DNA of 64,000 nt from an uncultured delta proteobacterium (lineage in GTDB: Bacteria; Myxococcota; Kuafuiibacteriia; Kuafuiibacteriales; Kuafuiibacteriaceae). The notes beneath the pieces were generated by a model. The model made no database searches and had not been told where the DNA came from. It saw only the letters and a list, made by a program, of their open reading frames with translations. The DNA is taken from contig CAWDML010000001.1 in NCBI GenBank assembly GCA_963803435.1, positions 768,001 to 832,000 of the forward strand, given 5' to 3'. The position numbers and the translations under genes were made by a program. This document shows, one piece after another, positions 1 to 11,100 of the stretch (position 1 is its first letter; every line of letters starts with the position of its first letter).

Positions 1-1
1 C

Positions 2-493
2 CTGATCGCGACGATCGCGGAGGCGCAGCGCGAGTACGGCAGCGAGCTCGACCGGCCGATCGCGCGCCTCGACCTGGTGACGCCGGCACGCCTGGGAGGG
101 ACACGCTTCGGCGCCATCGGCGTCTACCTGGGATACTTCGATCCGGCCGGGCTCCCGGAGTTCTACATCCTCGAGGCCGGCACCGCGATCGGCGAGTCGA
201 AGGTCCTCTACTTTCACGACGTGGGCGACGATCTGATCAACAGCTACACCGGATACCGCCCGACGCCGTTCAGCAACCCGATGCACGCGTACGTGGGCCG
301 GCTGACGCTCGACGGCGACGCCCCCGCCCGCCTGCAGGTGACCGCGCGACGCCTCGCCGACGCGAAGCCGTACATCCGCCTGGACGTCCGCTTCACCGAG
401 ACCGCGGACCCGGAGGTGGTCTGGCCGGCCTTCCACATCTTGCGCGCCCTCGGGATCGTGGTGAGCCGCCTCCCGCTGGTCCCGATGGGCTGA
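2..493 (+). CDS. 5'-partial hypothetical protein, distantly DUF1365-like
   Basis: Frame is open from position 2. The pattern LVTPARLGG..FGAIGVYL..YILEAGTAIGE..Y..PTPF resembles the DUF1365 pattern LLTxPRxxGxxFNPVSFY..EVxNTFGE..SPF; weak similarity from memory. Confidence 0.5.
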   Translation: MIATIAEAQREYGSELDRPIARLDLVTPARLGGTRFGAIGVYLGYFDPAGLPEFYILEAGTAIGESKVLYFHDVGDDLINSYTGYRPTPFSNPMHAYVGRLTLDGDAPARLQVTARRLADAKPYIRLDVRFTETADPEVVWPAFHILRALGIVVSRLPLVPMG

Positions 494-504
494 GGAGAAC
501 AACC

Positions 505-816
505 ATGCTGAGATCGATGCTGCTCGCGCTGGCCCTGGCCGCGCTCTTCGGATGCCGGCACAGCGACTCCGATCCGAACCGGCGTCCGACCGCGGACGAC
601 TGCGCACAGATCCCGAAGGACGAAAACAACTGCAAGGGATGTGCGACGCTTCCGACGTGCGGTTGGTGCGGACAGCCGATGGCGGGCCAGCCCAACTGCC
701 AGCCGCAGGGTGACACCGCGGACAAGCCGGCGACGTGCGAGGACGGTTGGACGCACAACGAGATCGGGTGCCCCCCGCCTCCCCCTCCGCCCGACGGCGA
801 GAGCGACCTCGAGTGA
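505..816 (+). CDS. Small Cys-rich lipoprotein (PSI-like CxxC..CGWC module)
   Basis: GAGGAG RBS, signal peptide ending LFGC, CKGCATLPTCGWC, poly-Pro tail. Confidence 0.75.
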   Translation: MLRSMLLALALAALFGCRHSDSDPNRRPTADDCAQIPKDENNCKGCATLPTCGWCGQPMAGQPNCQPQGDTADKPATCEDGWTHNEIGCPPPPPPPDGESDLE

Positions 817-825
817 TGGCTCCGA

Positions 826-1302
826 TCATCCTCCGGTGCTCGTCTCCGTCATCTTGATCGCCTGCCAGGCGCCCTGGTCGTCGTCGGAGGTCCGAAGACC
901 GCGCATTCCATAGAGCCGCGGGCGTTCGTCGCGCCCGGGCAGGATCCGGTAGAGGGCCCAGCCAGCGCCGTGCACCGTCCCCTCTCCGCAGGCGGCAAAG
1001 TCTTCCTCCCAGGTGAACTCGAGCAGGTTGGCCTTCGCCGTCCCGGAGAGGGTGCCCGAGACGGTGCACGTGTCGTCGGGCGGCTTCGGACGCACCCAGG
1101 TCCCCGTGACCGCGGCACCCGACTGCGTGAGCTCGAGCGGCTTGCCCATGTGGGTCGACTGATACTTGCCCGAGAACGTGTGTCCGGCCGGCATCGGCTG
1201 GCGCTCGACCTGGACGGCGACCCCGGTGGAGAGGTCGGCCCCCTTCCATACGTTTGGGGCGCAGCCGGCGGCGGCCAGGATCAGCGCAATCGTGCATCTC
1301 AT
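826..1302 (-). CDS. Hypothetical lipoprotein (beta-barrel-like)
   Basis: MRCTIALILAAAGC lipobox; the ATG overlaps the stop of the upstream oxidase (ATGA at 1299-1302). Confidence 0.7.
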   Translation of the reverse strand: MRCTIALILAAAGCAPNVWKGADLSTGVAVQVERQPMPAGHTFSGKYQSTHMGKPLELTQSGAAVTGTWVRPKPPDDTCTVSGTLSGTAKANLLEFTWEEDFAACGEGTVHGAGWALYRILPGRDERPRLYGMRGLRTSDDDQGAWQAIKMTETSTGG

Positions 1303-2898
1303 TCGGTCACCAGCTTCGAGATGCCGAGCCAATCGGTGAACGCGTTGTTGAAGATGCCCTGGCGGTTGAGATCGAGGAATACGTCGAGCCAGCTCTCGAA
1401 GCCGGGATAGGTCGTGGAGAGCCAGCCGGGCAGACCGGTCAGCGTGTTGATCTGTCCCCAGTGCGGCCGACCTCCAAAGCGACGGGCGGCGTCCTCGTAG
1501 CTCCTGAGGCTGTCCTCAATCCCGGGCGTGCCGCGGAGGATCGGGGTCTCGAGCATCATGGTGTCGCGGCCCGACATCATCGATAGATAGGAGCTGCTCC
1601 GCTTCACGAAGCGCATGGAGATCGGCGAGGTCTGGAGCCAACCCTTCGTCCGGTTCGCCGCGATCACCTCGAGGAAGGCGTCGACGGCGTCGAAGGCCTG
1701 ATCGATCCCGAAGCCGTACTCCGCCGAGAGCGCCTTGAAGTTGTTCGGCGCTCCGATGTTGAAGATCTGGTAGCTCTTTCGCGTGAAGGGTTGGTCGGAC
1801 ACCAGAGACTCGAGCGCGCGGTCGAGGAGCCAGGGCACCACCTCGGGGTGGTGCTGGATCATGAAGAGGATGAGGTCGCGGCTCATGGGACGGGTCGCGA
1901 GCCAGGAGATCGCGTTGCGGATCACGTCGTCTCGCGACACCTCGGTCCCGGCGGGGGCGGGATCGCGCAGGAGCACCACGCACGCGTGATCCCCGCCTGG
2001 GCCGGCATACGGATGGATCAGGATCTCGACATGCCGGTGGCGGCGGAAGAGCCCATGCTGGAGGAGCGGCTTGACCTCGCTCCAGATCGACGCCCGCCGC
2101 GTCTCCTGGATCAGATAGCTGGGTGCCACGCGGATGATCGCGGAGTGGATGATGCCCATGCAGCCCATCGAGACGGCCACGGCGCGGAACCAGCGGTCGT
2201 CCTGTTTGAGCTCGATCGATCCGTCGCCGTAGCGCCGATGAAACTTTCCAGGATCGGTGATGCCGTCCTCGGGCTCGACCCGGTAGACCTTGCCACCGGT
2301 GGTCACCAGATCGAGCGAGACGAATCTCGCTGTCGAGCGGGCCGATATCGATACCCGAGCCGTGCGTCGAGGTGGCCGCAGCACTGACGACGCACTGCAC
2401 GTCGTAGCCGCCCAGGTTCCTGAACCCGAGACCCGAGCGGTCGAGCGACTCGTTGAGCCTGCGGATGCTGGCACCGCAGGGCACTCGCACCAGCTCCTCA
2501 TCCGTGAACGGGTCCTTCCAGAGATCGTCCTCGCGATCGAGCAGCCCAGTGTCTCGCCCCTCGAGGAGCCCGCTGACGTCAGCGACCACGCCGCGCGTCT
2601 GGAGGATGTCCGAGAACGAATGGCCGGGGCCGACCGCCTTGATCCTCCCGCCCGGCGTCCGGCTCACCTCCTCCACGAGCGCCACCAGCTCCGCGCGCGT
2701 CTTCGGGTGCGCGATCCGCGTCCCGAACACCGGCTGGTTGCCTGCCCAGTTACTCCACGACGGCGACTGCGGCGCGAGCGGCGTCCTGAGGCTCTCCGCG
2801 CGCTCCGCGTCCCGGTAGGCCCTCTCCACTGCGGCGCACGCTTCCCCATCATCGGGGTCGGCGATCGCCCGCTGGAAGTACTCGGGGGTCGTGGGCAT
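1299..2898 (-). CDS. FAD-linked oxidase of the aldonolactone oxidase (GULO/ALO) family, one frameshift near 2323
   Basis: N-half WSNWAG..GPGHSFS..TSTHGSG is in one frame; C-half SLDLVT..SMGCMGII..PISMRFV..GGRPHWG is in another. Removing one base at ~2323 restores GPLDSEIVSLDLVTTGG. Confidence 0.85.
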
Positions 2899-2988
2899 GT
2901 CCGATTGGTAGCGCCGTCTCGCGCGGCCGCCTAGCTGGCCAAACGGCCAAAGCTTGACCGGTGGGGACGAAGGCGAGAGGGAACGCGC

Positions 2989-3546
2989 ATGTCCCCCCAC
3001 CGCACCGCGCTCCTCGCCCTTCTCCTCGCCGCCGGTTGCGCGAAGGCCAGCCTCCACACCGGCGTCGACGGATCCAAGAAGATCTCCGAAATCGACGACG
3101 CCGAAGCCGCCCAGATCTGCGCCGCCGCCGCCGAGACCGTCCAGGACTTCTCCGACCAAAACCGCGAGGGCCTCTGCAAGTTCGCCAGCGCCATCGGCGG
3201 CTCCATCGCCATGGCCTTCGGCCAAGACGGCGTCGCCGTCTGCGAGATGAACGAACCTGAATGCCTCACCAACGACGACCCCCCCGACACCGGCGACTGC
3301 AACCCCAAGCTCGCCAACTGCGACGCCACCATCGCCGAAGCCGAAGCCTGCTACAACGACTCACTCGACGCCCTCCGCGACCTCTTCGGTGAGATCACGT
3401 CGAAGACCTGCGACGACCTCATCAACGGCGGCTCCGACGAAGCCGAAGCCGCCACCCTCACCCCGTCCTCGTGCCAGGCGCTCGACATGAAGTGCCCGGG
3501 GCTCGAGTTTGGGTTGTTCCGCGTAGGGACCAGCTCGTCGTCTTGA
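2989..3546 (+). CDS. Cys-rich lipoprotein
   Basis: LLLAAGC lipobox, many Cys residues, strong GC3 codon bias. Confidence 0.75.
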   Translation: MSPHRTALLALLLAAGCAKASLHTGVDGSKKISEIDDAEAAQICAAAAETVQDFSDQNREGLCKFASAIGGSIAMAFGQDGVAVCEMNEPECLTNDDPPDTGDCNPKLANCDATIAEAEACYNDSLDALRDLFGEITSKTCDDLINGGSDEAEAATLTPSSCQALDMKCPGLEFGLFRVGTSSSS

Positions 3547-3555
3547 GGCGGCGAG

Positions 3556-5247
3556 CTACTCGATCGAGAACACCCCGTTGGCGCGCACCAGCGTCAGCGC
3601 AGGGGCCAGGTCGCCCTTCGCGCGGAGGTCCACCGGACGCTGATCAGCGACCGCTCCGTTGATCGTCACGGTGACCGTCGCGTTGGGGGTGGAGCGGTTG
3701 AGGCACGTCTCGGCGACGGCGTTCGCGAGGAGATCCGGGTCGATGCTGGTGCCGCCGTTCGAGAGGTAGTCGATCAGTTGGTCGGCGCCGAGGCCGAGCA
3801 GGGCGGCGGCGAGGGCGGTGGGGAGCGTGGAGCAGTCCTCGAGGTACGAGAGGGTTACGGGGTAGCGGCCGTCCTGCATGGCGTCGGGGAGGAGGATGCG
3901 CTCGGGGTTGTCCTTGGTGCCCTGGGCGCTCCAGCGGGGGTGGCCGTACGCGCCCCAGTCGGGGGCGGGATCCATCTTGCGACAGACGCGGCCGTCGGGG
4001 CTCTCGAGGATGAGGTCGACGTCGCGGAGGTCGGCGTCGAGGAACGTGTCCGAGTCGTTGTCGAAGCTGAGCTCGAGGGCGACCACGTCGCTTCCGGGGG
4101 CGGCCTGACCGCTTCCACTGAGTGGAATGGAGATCATCGGGAGATCGGGATCGTTGGTCTCGATCAGGAGCGTGTCGCTCATCGGGCCGGAGAGGGTGAC
4201 CTGGTAGACGACGTCGAGCTGGTAGACGCCGCCGGGACGGATGTGCGGGATGGGACGGGGGACGGAGAGGTCGGGATGACCGATCTGGAGGTGCCGTTCG
4301 GCGATCAGCGGCGAGCGACCCGTGTTCTGGAGCGTGACGTGTCCGGAGGCGGTCATCCCCAGCGGGACGGAGCCGAAGTCGATGGCGGCCGGCATCACCG
4401 AGACGTCGGGCGGATCCTTGGCGCCGCTCAGGATCACGAGGACGGGATCGCCAGTGGCGGGGGTCACCGTGAGGGTGGCGGTGTGGACGTCGTTCATCGC
4501 GGGCGCGTAGCGGACCATGAGCGCGAGCCGCGCCGACGGCTCTTCGCGCGCAGCGGGCAGCTCGAGCGGCGAGAGCGGGCTGGGCGTGAAGCTGAACGCG
4601 GATGAGCCCGCGAGGGTGACGGCGTCGATCCCGAGGGGCGCCGTTCCTTCGGAGGCGTTGATGACCTGCACGACCCCCTCGCCGGTCCGCCCCACCGGGA
4701 CGTAGCCGAAGTCGATCGCGTGCGGCGTCACCACCAGCGCCGGACGGCCGACCGACTCCGCAGAGAGCGGGATCGAGCGCTCGGGTCGATCGAGATCGGA
4801 GCTCGACACGATCAGAGTGTCCGCGAGCGAGGCCGGCGGTCCGGGCGCGACCAAGAGATCGAGCGAGAGCGTGCGGCCGGGGAGCACGTCGCGCGGGAGC
4901 GCGACCTCGGCGCAGGACGCGCAGGCGAAGCGGGAGGTCGGCCCACCGGCGACGGTGACCGCGCGGAGCTGGAGCGTGCAATCGCCGGTGCTCTCCAGCT
5001 CGACGGTCTGCTCGACCGGAGCGCCCGCGACCGCGCCGAACTCGACGGTGAGCGGACGCACCTCGAGATGCGCCTGCGTCGAGCCGCCCTCGGCGCACGC
5101 GAGCTTCGCCGGCGGGATGCACTCGGTCTGGTGGCAGACCCGCCCGCCGCCGCAGTCAGTGTCGAGCTGGCACTCGCCGGCGGGGAGGCTCTCCACACCA
5201 CAGCCGGCGACGATGAGGAGCAAGCAGGGGAGCCGGCGGCCTCGCAC
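3556..5247 (-). CDS. Lipoprotein with Cys-rich N-terminus and three ASH/choice-of-anchor-D Ig-like repeats
   Basis: LLIVAGC lipobox, CxxDxDC motif, three repeats of P..(V/I)(E/D)FG.V....(N/S)TG..L..SDxD.P..I.L.G. GTG start at 5247 inferred. Confidence 0.75.
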   Translation of the reverse strand: MRGRRLPCLLLIVAGCGVESLPAGECQLDTDCGGGRVCHQTECIPPAKLACAEGGSTQAHLEVRPLTVEFGAVAGAPVEQTVELESTGDCTLQLRAVTVAGGPTSRFACASCAEVALPRDVLPGRTLSLDLLVAPGPPASLADTLIVSSSDLDRPERSIPLSAESVGRPALVVTPHAIDFGYVPVGRTGEGVVQVINASEGTAPLGIDAVTLAGSSAFSFTPSPLSPLELPAAREEPSARLALMVRYAPAMNDVHTATLTVTPATGDPVLVILSGAKDPPDVSVMPAAIDFGSVPLGMTASGHVTLQNTGRSPLIAERHLQIGHPDLSVPRPIPHIRPGGVYQLDVVYQVTLSGPMSDTLLIETNDPDLPMISIPLSGSGQAAPGSDVVALELSFDNDSDTFLDADLRDVDLILESPDGRVCRKMDPAPDWGAYGHPRWSAQGTKDNPERILLPDAMQDGRYPVTLSYLEDCSTLPTALAAALLGLGADQLIDYLSNGGTSIDPDLLANAVAETCLNRSTPNATVTVTINGAVADQRPVDLRAKGDLAPALTLVRANGVFSIE

Positions 5248-5287
5248 ATGACCAGCGTCGTTAGCGTCGGACCCGGTCGTCAAGTAG

Positions 5288-5299
5288 GATGGCCCGCCC
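5288..5299 (+). other. Short leader with no Shine-Dalgarno after a TAGGAT -10-like hexamer (5285-5290), upstream of the FtsH/MoxR operon
   Basis: TAGGAT lies 9 nt before ATG 5300; no SD sequence. Confidence 0.35.
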
Positions 5300-5818
5300 A
5301 TGAGCCGCGCTTACCGCATTCAGTGGCGCACCGCGAGCCGTCGCATCACCGCGGAGGACGAGGTCTCCATCGACGTCGCTCTCCTCGGCATCCTTTCGGA
5401 GGAGGAGATGCGATCGCTCCTCGACGCGGAGCTGATCGCGGAGGGCTGGCACCGCAAAAAAGGAACGCTGGTCCGGGACTTCGACGGCGCCACCGCAGAG
5501 ATCGACGCCGAGCGGAAGACCGTGACCATCCACGTCGAGCGAACGAGCGAGGTGACCGCCCGCGGTCACACCGACGACGAGGCCAAGCACAAGGCCGACG
5601 CGCACGCCAAGCAGTCGAAGGCTCAGCTCGACGGTCAGGTCGTGGCCGAGATTGCCGAGGCCGAGGCCGCCGTCCGCGAGAGCATGCAGGGTGCCTTGCA
5701 GAAGGTCTATGTCACCGCGCTCGAGGCCAAGGCGCGGAAGATGGGCGAGGTCGAGAGCATCGATCGCCGCGAGAACGAGGACGGCGAGCTCGAACTCATC
5801 ATCAAAGTGAAGGTGTGA
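5300..5818 (+). CDS. FtsH-ternary-system accessory protein (fvmX5-like)
   Basis: MSRAYRI...LLGILSEEEM..LL.AEL...GW N-terminus and ..LE.KA.KMGEV.SI..GELELIIKVKV C-terminus; first gene of the operon. Family name recalled, not searched. Confidence 0.7.
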   Translation: MSRAYRIQWRTASRRITAEDEVSIDVALLGILSEEEMRSLLDAELIAEGWHRKKGTLVRDFDGATAEIDAERKTVTIHVERTSEVTARGHTDDEAKHKADAHAKQSKAQLDGQVVAEIAEAEAAVRESMQGALQKVYVTALEAKARKMGEVESIDRRENEDGELELIIKVKV

Positions 5819-5819
5819 C

Positions 5820-7917
5820 GTGAAGAGGATGGTCGAGATCGAGTCGCTGCCCACCGACCTGCGCGTCGAGGACGCGGTCGAGGCGGCGTGCGCGGAGGAC
5901 ATCACCTTCGTCGAGTCGCAGCTGCGCCGGGGGATCTCTGTGCTCGTCGAGTGCGAAAAGGAGCTCTCGCTGTTCTTGTATCTGGCGATCCGCGCGCGCC
6001 TCCGCCGGAACAAGCAGGACTCGCCGCGCCTCGTGATCGTCGACGGGCGTCCCGACGAGCGCGCCGCCGAGGAAGGCCCGCCCCGCTCCGGTCTCTCGCG
6101 TATGCTGCAGCAGCTCACCGACGCCATCCGCGGCAGCGTCGAGCGGACGATCATCGTCCTGTTGCACCTCGACATTCTCACGACCACGCACACCGGCCTC
6201 ACCTTCGAGGCGAGGGAGGCGATCCCGCTCCTGTACGAGAACCCGGAGGCGGTGCTGCTGGGCTTCCGCGATCCCAGCTTCGAGATCCCCAAGGTGATCC
6301 AGGGCGTCTTCGCGGCGCGGCGGGAGATCGTGGGCGTCCCGCGCCAGGCGCTCCCCCAACTGATCACGCAGCGCGAGGCGAAGTCGATCCAGTCGGACGA
6401 GCTCGATCCCTTCGTGCTCTACAAGTATGTCTCGGGGTTGAACCCGGTGCGGCTGCGCAAGCTGCTCGCCGGGCTCACGCACAAGCGCGAGGCGACACCG
6501 AACCGGCCGGCCTCCGACGCGATCTATCGCGAGATCCGGCGGCAGACCGTCCGCGAGGACGTCGAGCTCCCGAACGTGGACCTCGAGGGGGACATCGGCG
6601 GCTACCCGGAGGTGAAGGCGCGGATCCGCGAGGAGCTGATCGACCTGGTGCTCACCAAGGATCAGCTCCCCTCCGAGGAGGAGATCCAGGCGCTGGAGGC
6701 CCTGCTCCCACGGGGCGTGATCTTCCACGGACCGCCCGGAACCGGAAAGACGTTCTTCGCCAAGGCCATCGCGACGGCGCTCCACGCGACCGTGACTGGT
6801 GGTGTCCGGACCGGAGCTGAAGTCGAAGTGGGTCGGCGAGAGCGAGGAGAACCTTCGGCGGATCTTCCGCCAGGCGCGGCAGGCCGCCCCGTCGGTGATC
6901 GTGTTCGACGAGATCGACGCGTTCGCGCACGCGCGCGGCACCTACGAGGGCTCGGGCGTCGAGCACTCGATGGTGAACCAGCTCCTCACCGAGATGGACG
7001 GCTTCCGCAAGAACGAGATGGTGTTCGTCATCGGCACCACGAACTTCCTGGAGAGCCTCGACGCCGCGCTGCTCCGTCCGGGCCGGTTCGAGTTCCTCAT
7101 CGAGATCCCAGCGCCCAGCGTGGAGGACCGGCGCGAGATCCTCGCGATCTACGATCGCAAGATGGACCTCGGTCTCGGCGAGGAGCTGATCGGCCACCTG
7201 GTGCGGCGGACCGAGGGCTGCGCGGATCCCGAGGCCGGCATCCCGTTCTCCGGCGACCATCTCTATGCGATCTGCCGCGCGCTCAAGCGAGCGGTCTTCC
7301 GCGAGGGCAAGAAGACCTTCACCGTCGCAGACGTCGACAAGGCGCTCCAGCGGCGCACGCGGCGGCCGATCGTCCTCTCCAAGGAGGAGGAGCACGTGAT
7401 CGCGGTTCACGAGGCCGGTCATGCGATCCTGGCCATGCTGATCGAGAAGGCCACACCGCCCGAGCGGATCTCGATCCACGCCGACATGCAGGGCGCGCTC
7501 GGTTACGTGCTCCGCGCCGCCCGCGCCCGCCCCTACGCGATCACCGCGGACGAGATGCGCGCCGACGTCTGCGTCGGTCTCGGCGGCTATACGGCGGAGC
7601 GGGTGGTGTTCGGCGATGTCTCCATCGGCGCCTACCAGGATCTCCAGCAGGCGAACGACATCGCGCGTGCGATGGTGGAGGAGTTCGGCATGTCGCCCGA
7701 GCTGGGCGTGCGCGTGGTGGTGGCGCGACAGGCCGCGTTCTCCGAGGAGCGCAAGGGTCGGATCGATCGAGCGATCGAGTCGATCCTGAAGGTGGAGCAG
7801 GAGCGGGCCGAGGCCACGATCCGCGGGCATCGGCCGCTGCTCGACGCCATGGTGGCCACGCTGCTGGAGAAGAAGGTGATCGACCGGGCGGGAATTCAGG
7901 GGATAGTGCATGGCTGA
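5820..7917 (+). CDS. Soluble FtsH-like AAA+ ATPase / peptidase M41, frameshift near 6795
   Basis: Walker A GPPGTGKT in the first frame; ELKSKWVGESE, Walker B VIVFDEID, SRH LDAALLRPGRF, HEAGH zinc motif and GAYQDLQQA in the second. No TM segments. One extra base at ~6795 splits the ORF. Confidence 0.88.
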
Positions 7918-8170
7918 GGTGACGATCCGGTTTCGTTTCAATCGCAAGACCGGCCAGAAGGACATCGTGATCTCGTACGAGTCGGAGGAGGATGCGCTCC
8001 CCCACGAGCACGAGCGCGACCACCGGGCCCTCGCCGAGCAGCTCCTCGGCCGGAGGCTCGACGACGACGTGGGCGACATCGTGGTGGAGCGCGTCACCAA
8101 GCAGCAACCGGTGGCCGAGGGCGAGGCGGAGCCCGCAGGCCGCCGCGCCGGGATCGAGGAGAAGGGCTGA
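7910..8170 (+). CDS. Small FtsH-ternary-system protein (fvmX3-like) with HEHxxDH motif
   Basis: MAEVTIRFRFNRKTG..LPHEHERDHRALAEQL; start overlaps the protease stop. Confidence 0.7.
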   Translation: MAEVTIRFRFNRKTGQKDIVISYESEEDALPHEHERDHRALAEQLLGRRLDDDVGDIVVERVTKQQPVAEGEAEPAGRRAGIEEKG

Positions 8171-8173
8171 CGC

Positions 8174-11100
8174 GTGGTCTACGGCCTGAGGCTCGCCGGC
8201 ACCGTCGCCGACGCGGCCGCCCTCGAGATCCTGGCGACCGCGTGCCCCGAGCTGGTGGAATCGTCGTGGTGCACCATCGCCGAGCCCGACGGACGGGGCA
8301 GCGCGCTCTTCTGTGAGGCGCTCGAGCGCCGGCGAGCGCGGGCCCTCGCGGATCACGGCGTGGAGGTGGTCCGGATCGAGGGCGGTCCCCAAGGCTTCAC
8401 CGTGGAGGCGCCCGGCGACGGCAAGATCGAGTCGTGGCCAGCGGAGGTGCGCCGGGCCGAGACGCTGCTCGAGGCGCTGCGTCCCGTTCCCGTCGACGGC
8501 GATCCGATCGCCACCGAGGCGCTGTTCGTCGTCGGAGGCTCGGCGCGCCCGCTCCTGGAGCGTCTCCTGCTCCTCGGCCGTGACGACGCGCGGGTCGTCG
8601 AGCTCGAGGACGGCGGCACGCGCTTGTTCTGCGTGAGAATGACCGCGCCGCCGCTCTACCTCCTGATGCGCGCACGGGATCAGCGGGAGGAGCACACGGT
8701 CGCCTATGCGTCCGCGGGGACGCCGCGCCTGTGGATCGAGTGGGGGTTCATGCATCCGCTGGCTCGGATCGCCGCCCGCGCGGTGGAGCACACCGACAAG
8801 AGCGCGCTGATCGACGCGAGCGGTCGCTGGCGGTTCGGACCGCGGGAGCTGGCGGGGCGGAGCATCTTCGACGCGGTCGAGCCTGCGCTCCCTGCCGATC
8901 GTCTCGATCTCACGCCCTCGCCCGATCGGACGCGCTTCGTGGTCCAGCTTCGGTTCGCCCCCGGACCGGAGCACGAGCCCGATCTCTGGCTCCTCGACGC
9001 CGACCGATTCTTCTCGCTGGAGCACTTCGTCCAGGACGCCGGCGACGAGGAGATCCGACGCCTCACCGTCGCCCGCCTGGATCGCGGCGACGGCCGTCCG
9101 CTCTATCTGTTGCGCGAGCGCATGAAGCCGGGCGTGACACGCTTCGGCACCCGGCTCTCCGATCTGGTGGGCTCGCGCGGCTTCACGAAGAACACCGCGA
9201 CCGACAACCTGTACCTCCCCGTCGGGCGGCGGCTCGTCCCGAAGGTCGGCCGCGAGGAGCTCCGGCGCCTGCTCTCGCTCGAGGACGCCATGCTGGTGAT
9301 CGTCGACGAGGATCGCGACGGCCCCAAGGTGCTCCGGGTCCCCGAGGTCGAGGAGTCCTCGCTGGCGGAGTGGGTGCAGCACGTGGCCACGGATCGCCGA
9401 CTCGAGCTCGATCTCCTCCTCGAGCGCACCGTCTTCTCTTTCCCGCCGATGGACGTGGAGCGCGCAGCGGCCAGCATGAAGGCGCCGCCTGCGATGCCGC
9501 CGCCCGAGCCCGAGCCGCGCGTGGTCGGCAGCAAGCGGAGCAAGCCCGCGGTCGAGCCGGTGGCGGTGCGCGCGGAGCCGGACGAGCTCGCGCTCGACGA
9601 TCTCGCGGAGATCCGCGTGCAGGCCCGCGCCCTCGAGACCGAGCTGGCGAAGGGCGGCTCTGATGATCCCGAGGCCTGGCGGCGCCTGGCAGAGCTGGAA
9701 ACACGCCTCGGAGAGATCGACGAGGCCGCCGCGTGCCTGGAGAACGCCCTCTTCTTCGGGAGACTTCCCCGCCCCTCAGGCAAGCAGAGCACGCCTGCGA
9801 GCGGAGCAGGGAGCGCGGGCTTCACTCGCGCGGGCACAGGAGACCTGATCTCCGATCTTCGGGAGCTGAGAGCACGCACGTACGAGCACGCCGGCGTCGA
9901 TCTCGTCGATCTGGTCCTGAAGGACGGCCACGCCCCGCGGGAGGCCGCCTATCTGGCGGCCCGCTTCGTCGAGGCCGTCTCGCGCGGTGATCGTCTGATG
10001 GACGACATGGTGCAGGTTGCCTTGCAGACGTTCGCGGAGCCCGGCCTGCCGATCTCGCGTCGGATGGCCTGGGTCGCGCTCTCTTCGTGGCACAGGCGGG
10101 TCGACGACAAGCTCGGCCTCACCCGCGCCCGCGAGGCCCTCCTCGGCGCGCTCAACGATCGTGGCCTCTCCGAGCTGTACGATCTCCCGCGGTTCGTCCG
10201 CTATGCGCTGGCGCTCGAGGACGACGAGGTCGGCACGAACGGTGAGCGCAGCCGCGTCGAGCAGCTGGAAGCGCTCGAACGACTCCTGACCGAGACGTTC
10301 GGCCGGGTGTTGCCGGATTTCGACGTCATGGCGAACTTCGTGCGGGTCCTCTTCGCGATCGGCATGATGCGCCTGGGCGCCTCGGCGCACGCACGCGTGC
10401 TGGTAGCGTCGGTGGAGCACGAACTGCCCGCCCACGACGCGCCCAATCAGGCCCTCTATCGCCTGTATTTGGCGCGCATGGCCTTCGAGGGCGCGGAGAG
10501 CGATCCGTCGGCGTGGCGGAGCCAGGTGGAGCAGATCCTCTCGGCAGCGGACGAGCGCGGGCGGCGACCGGCGGCGTGGCTGGCCAAGCGCTCGATCTGG
10601 CTGGGCGCGACCGACGACAAGCCGGTCCCGCGGATGCGCACGCTGATCGACCGGCTCCTCGCTGCGGCCGAGGACGAGCGGGCCGAGCTGGGCGCGACGC
10701 TGACACGGCTGGCGACCGACCGCGTCTACCGCCTGTACGACTGGGAGCTGGTGGTGGTGATCGAGCGGCTGATGAAGGTGGCGCTGGCCACCGGATCGGA
10801 CGACGTCATCGCCGAGGTGCTCGAAGCCGCCCAAGCGCAGCTTCCCTCGATGGAGATCCTCGGCCATCGGGTCCGCGCGATCGCCGCCTGCCTGAAGGGC
10901 GCCGCCACCATCGATCATACGCAGCGGGTCGAGTGGCTCGTCGACCGGATCATCGAGGTCACCGCCGCCGCCGACGTGCCCTGGGTTCGCGAGCTGCTGC
11001 TGGCCGTCAACCCGTGCCTGTCGATCCTCCGCCGCCTGGGCGCGAGCGAGCCCGCCGCGCGACTGCTCGACTCGCTGGAGCCGGTACCGCTCCGCACGAA

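Noticed and set aside
6780-6810. Programmed frameshift in the FtsH-like gene
   Set aside because: No slippery sequence is visible, the break falls inside the AAA core, and similar indels occur in unrelated genes.
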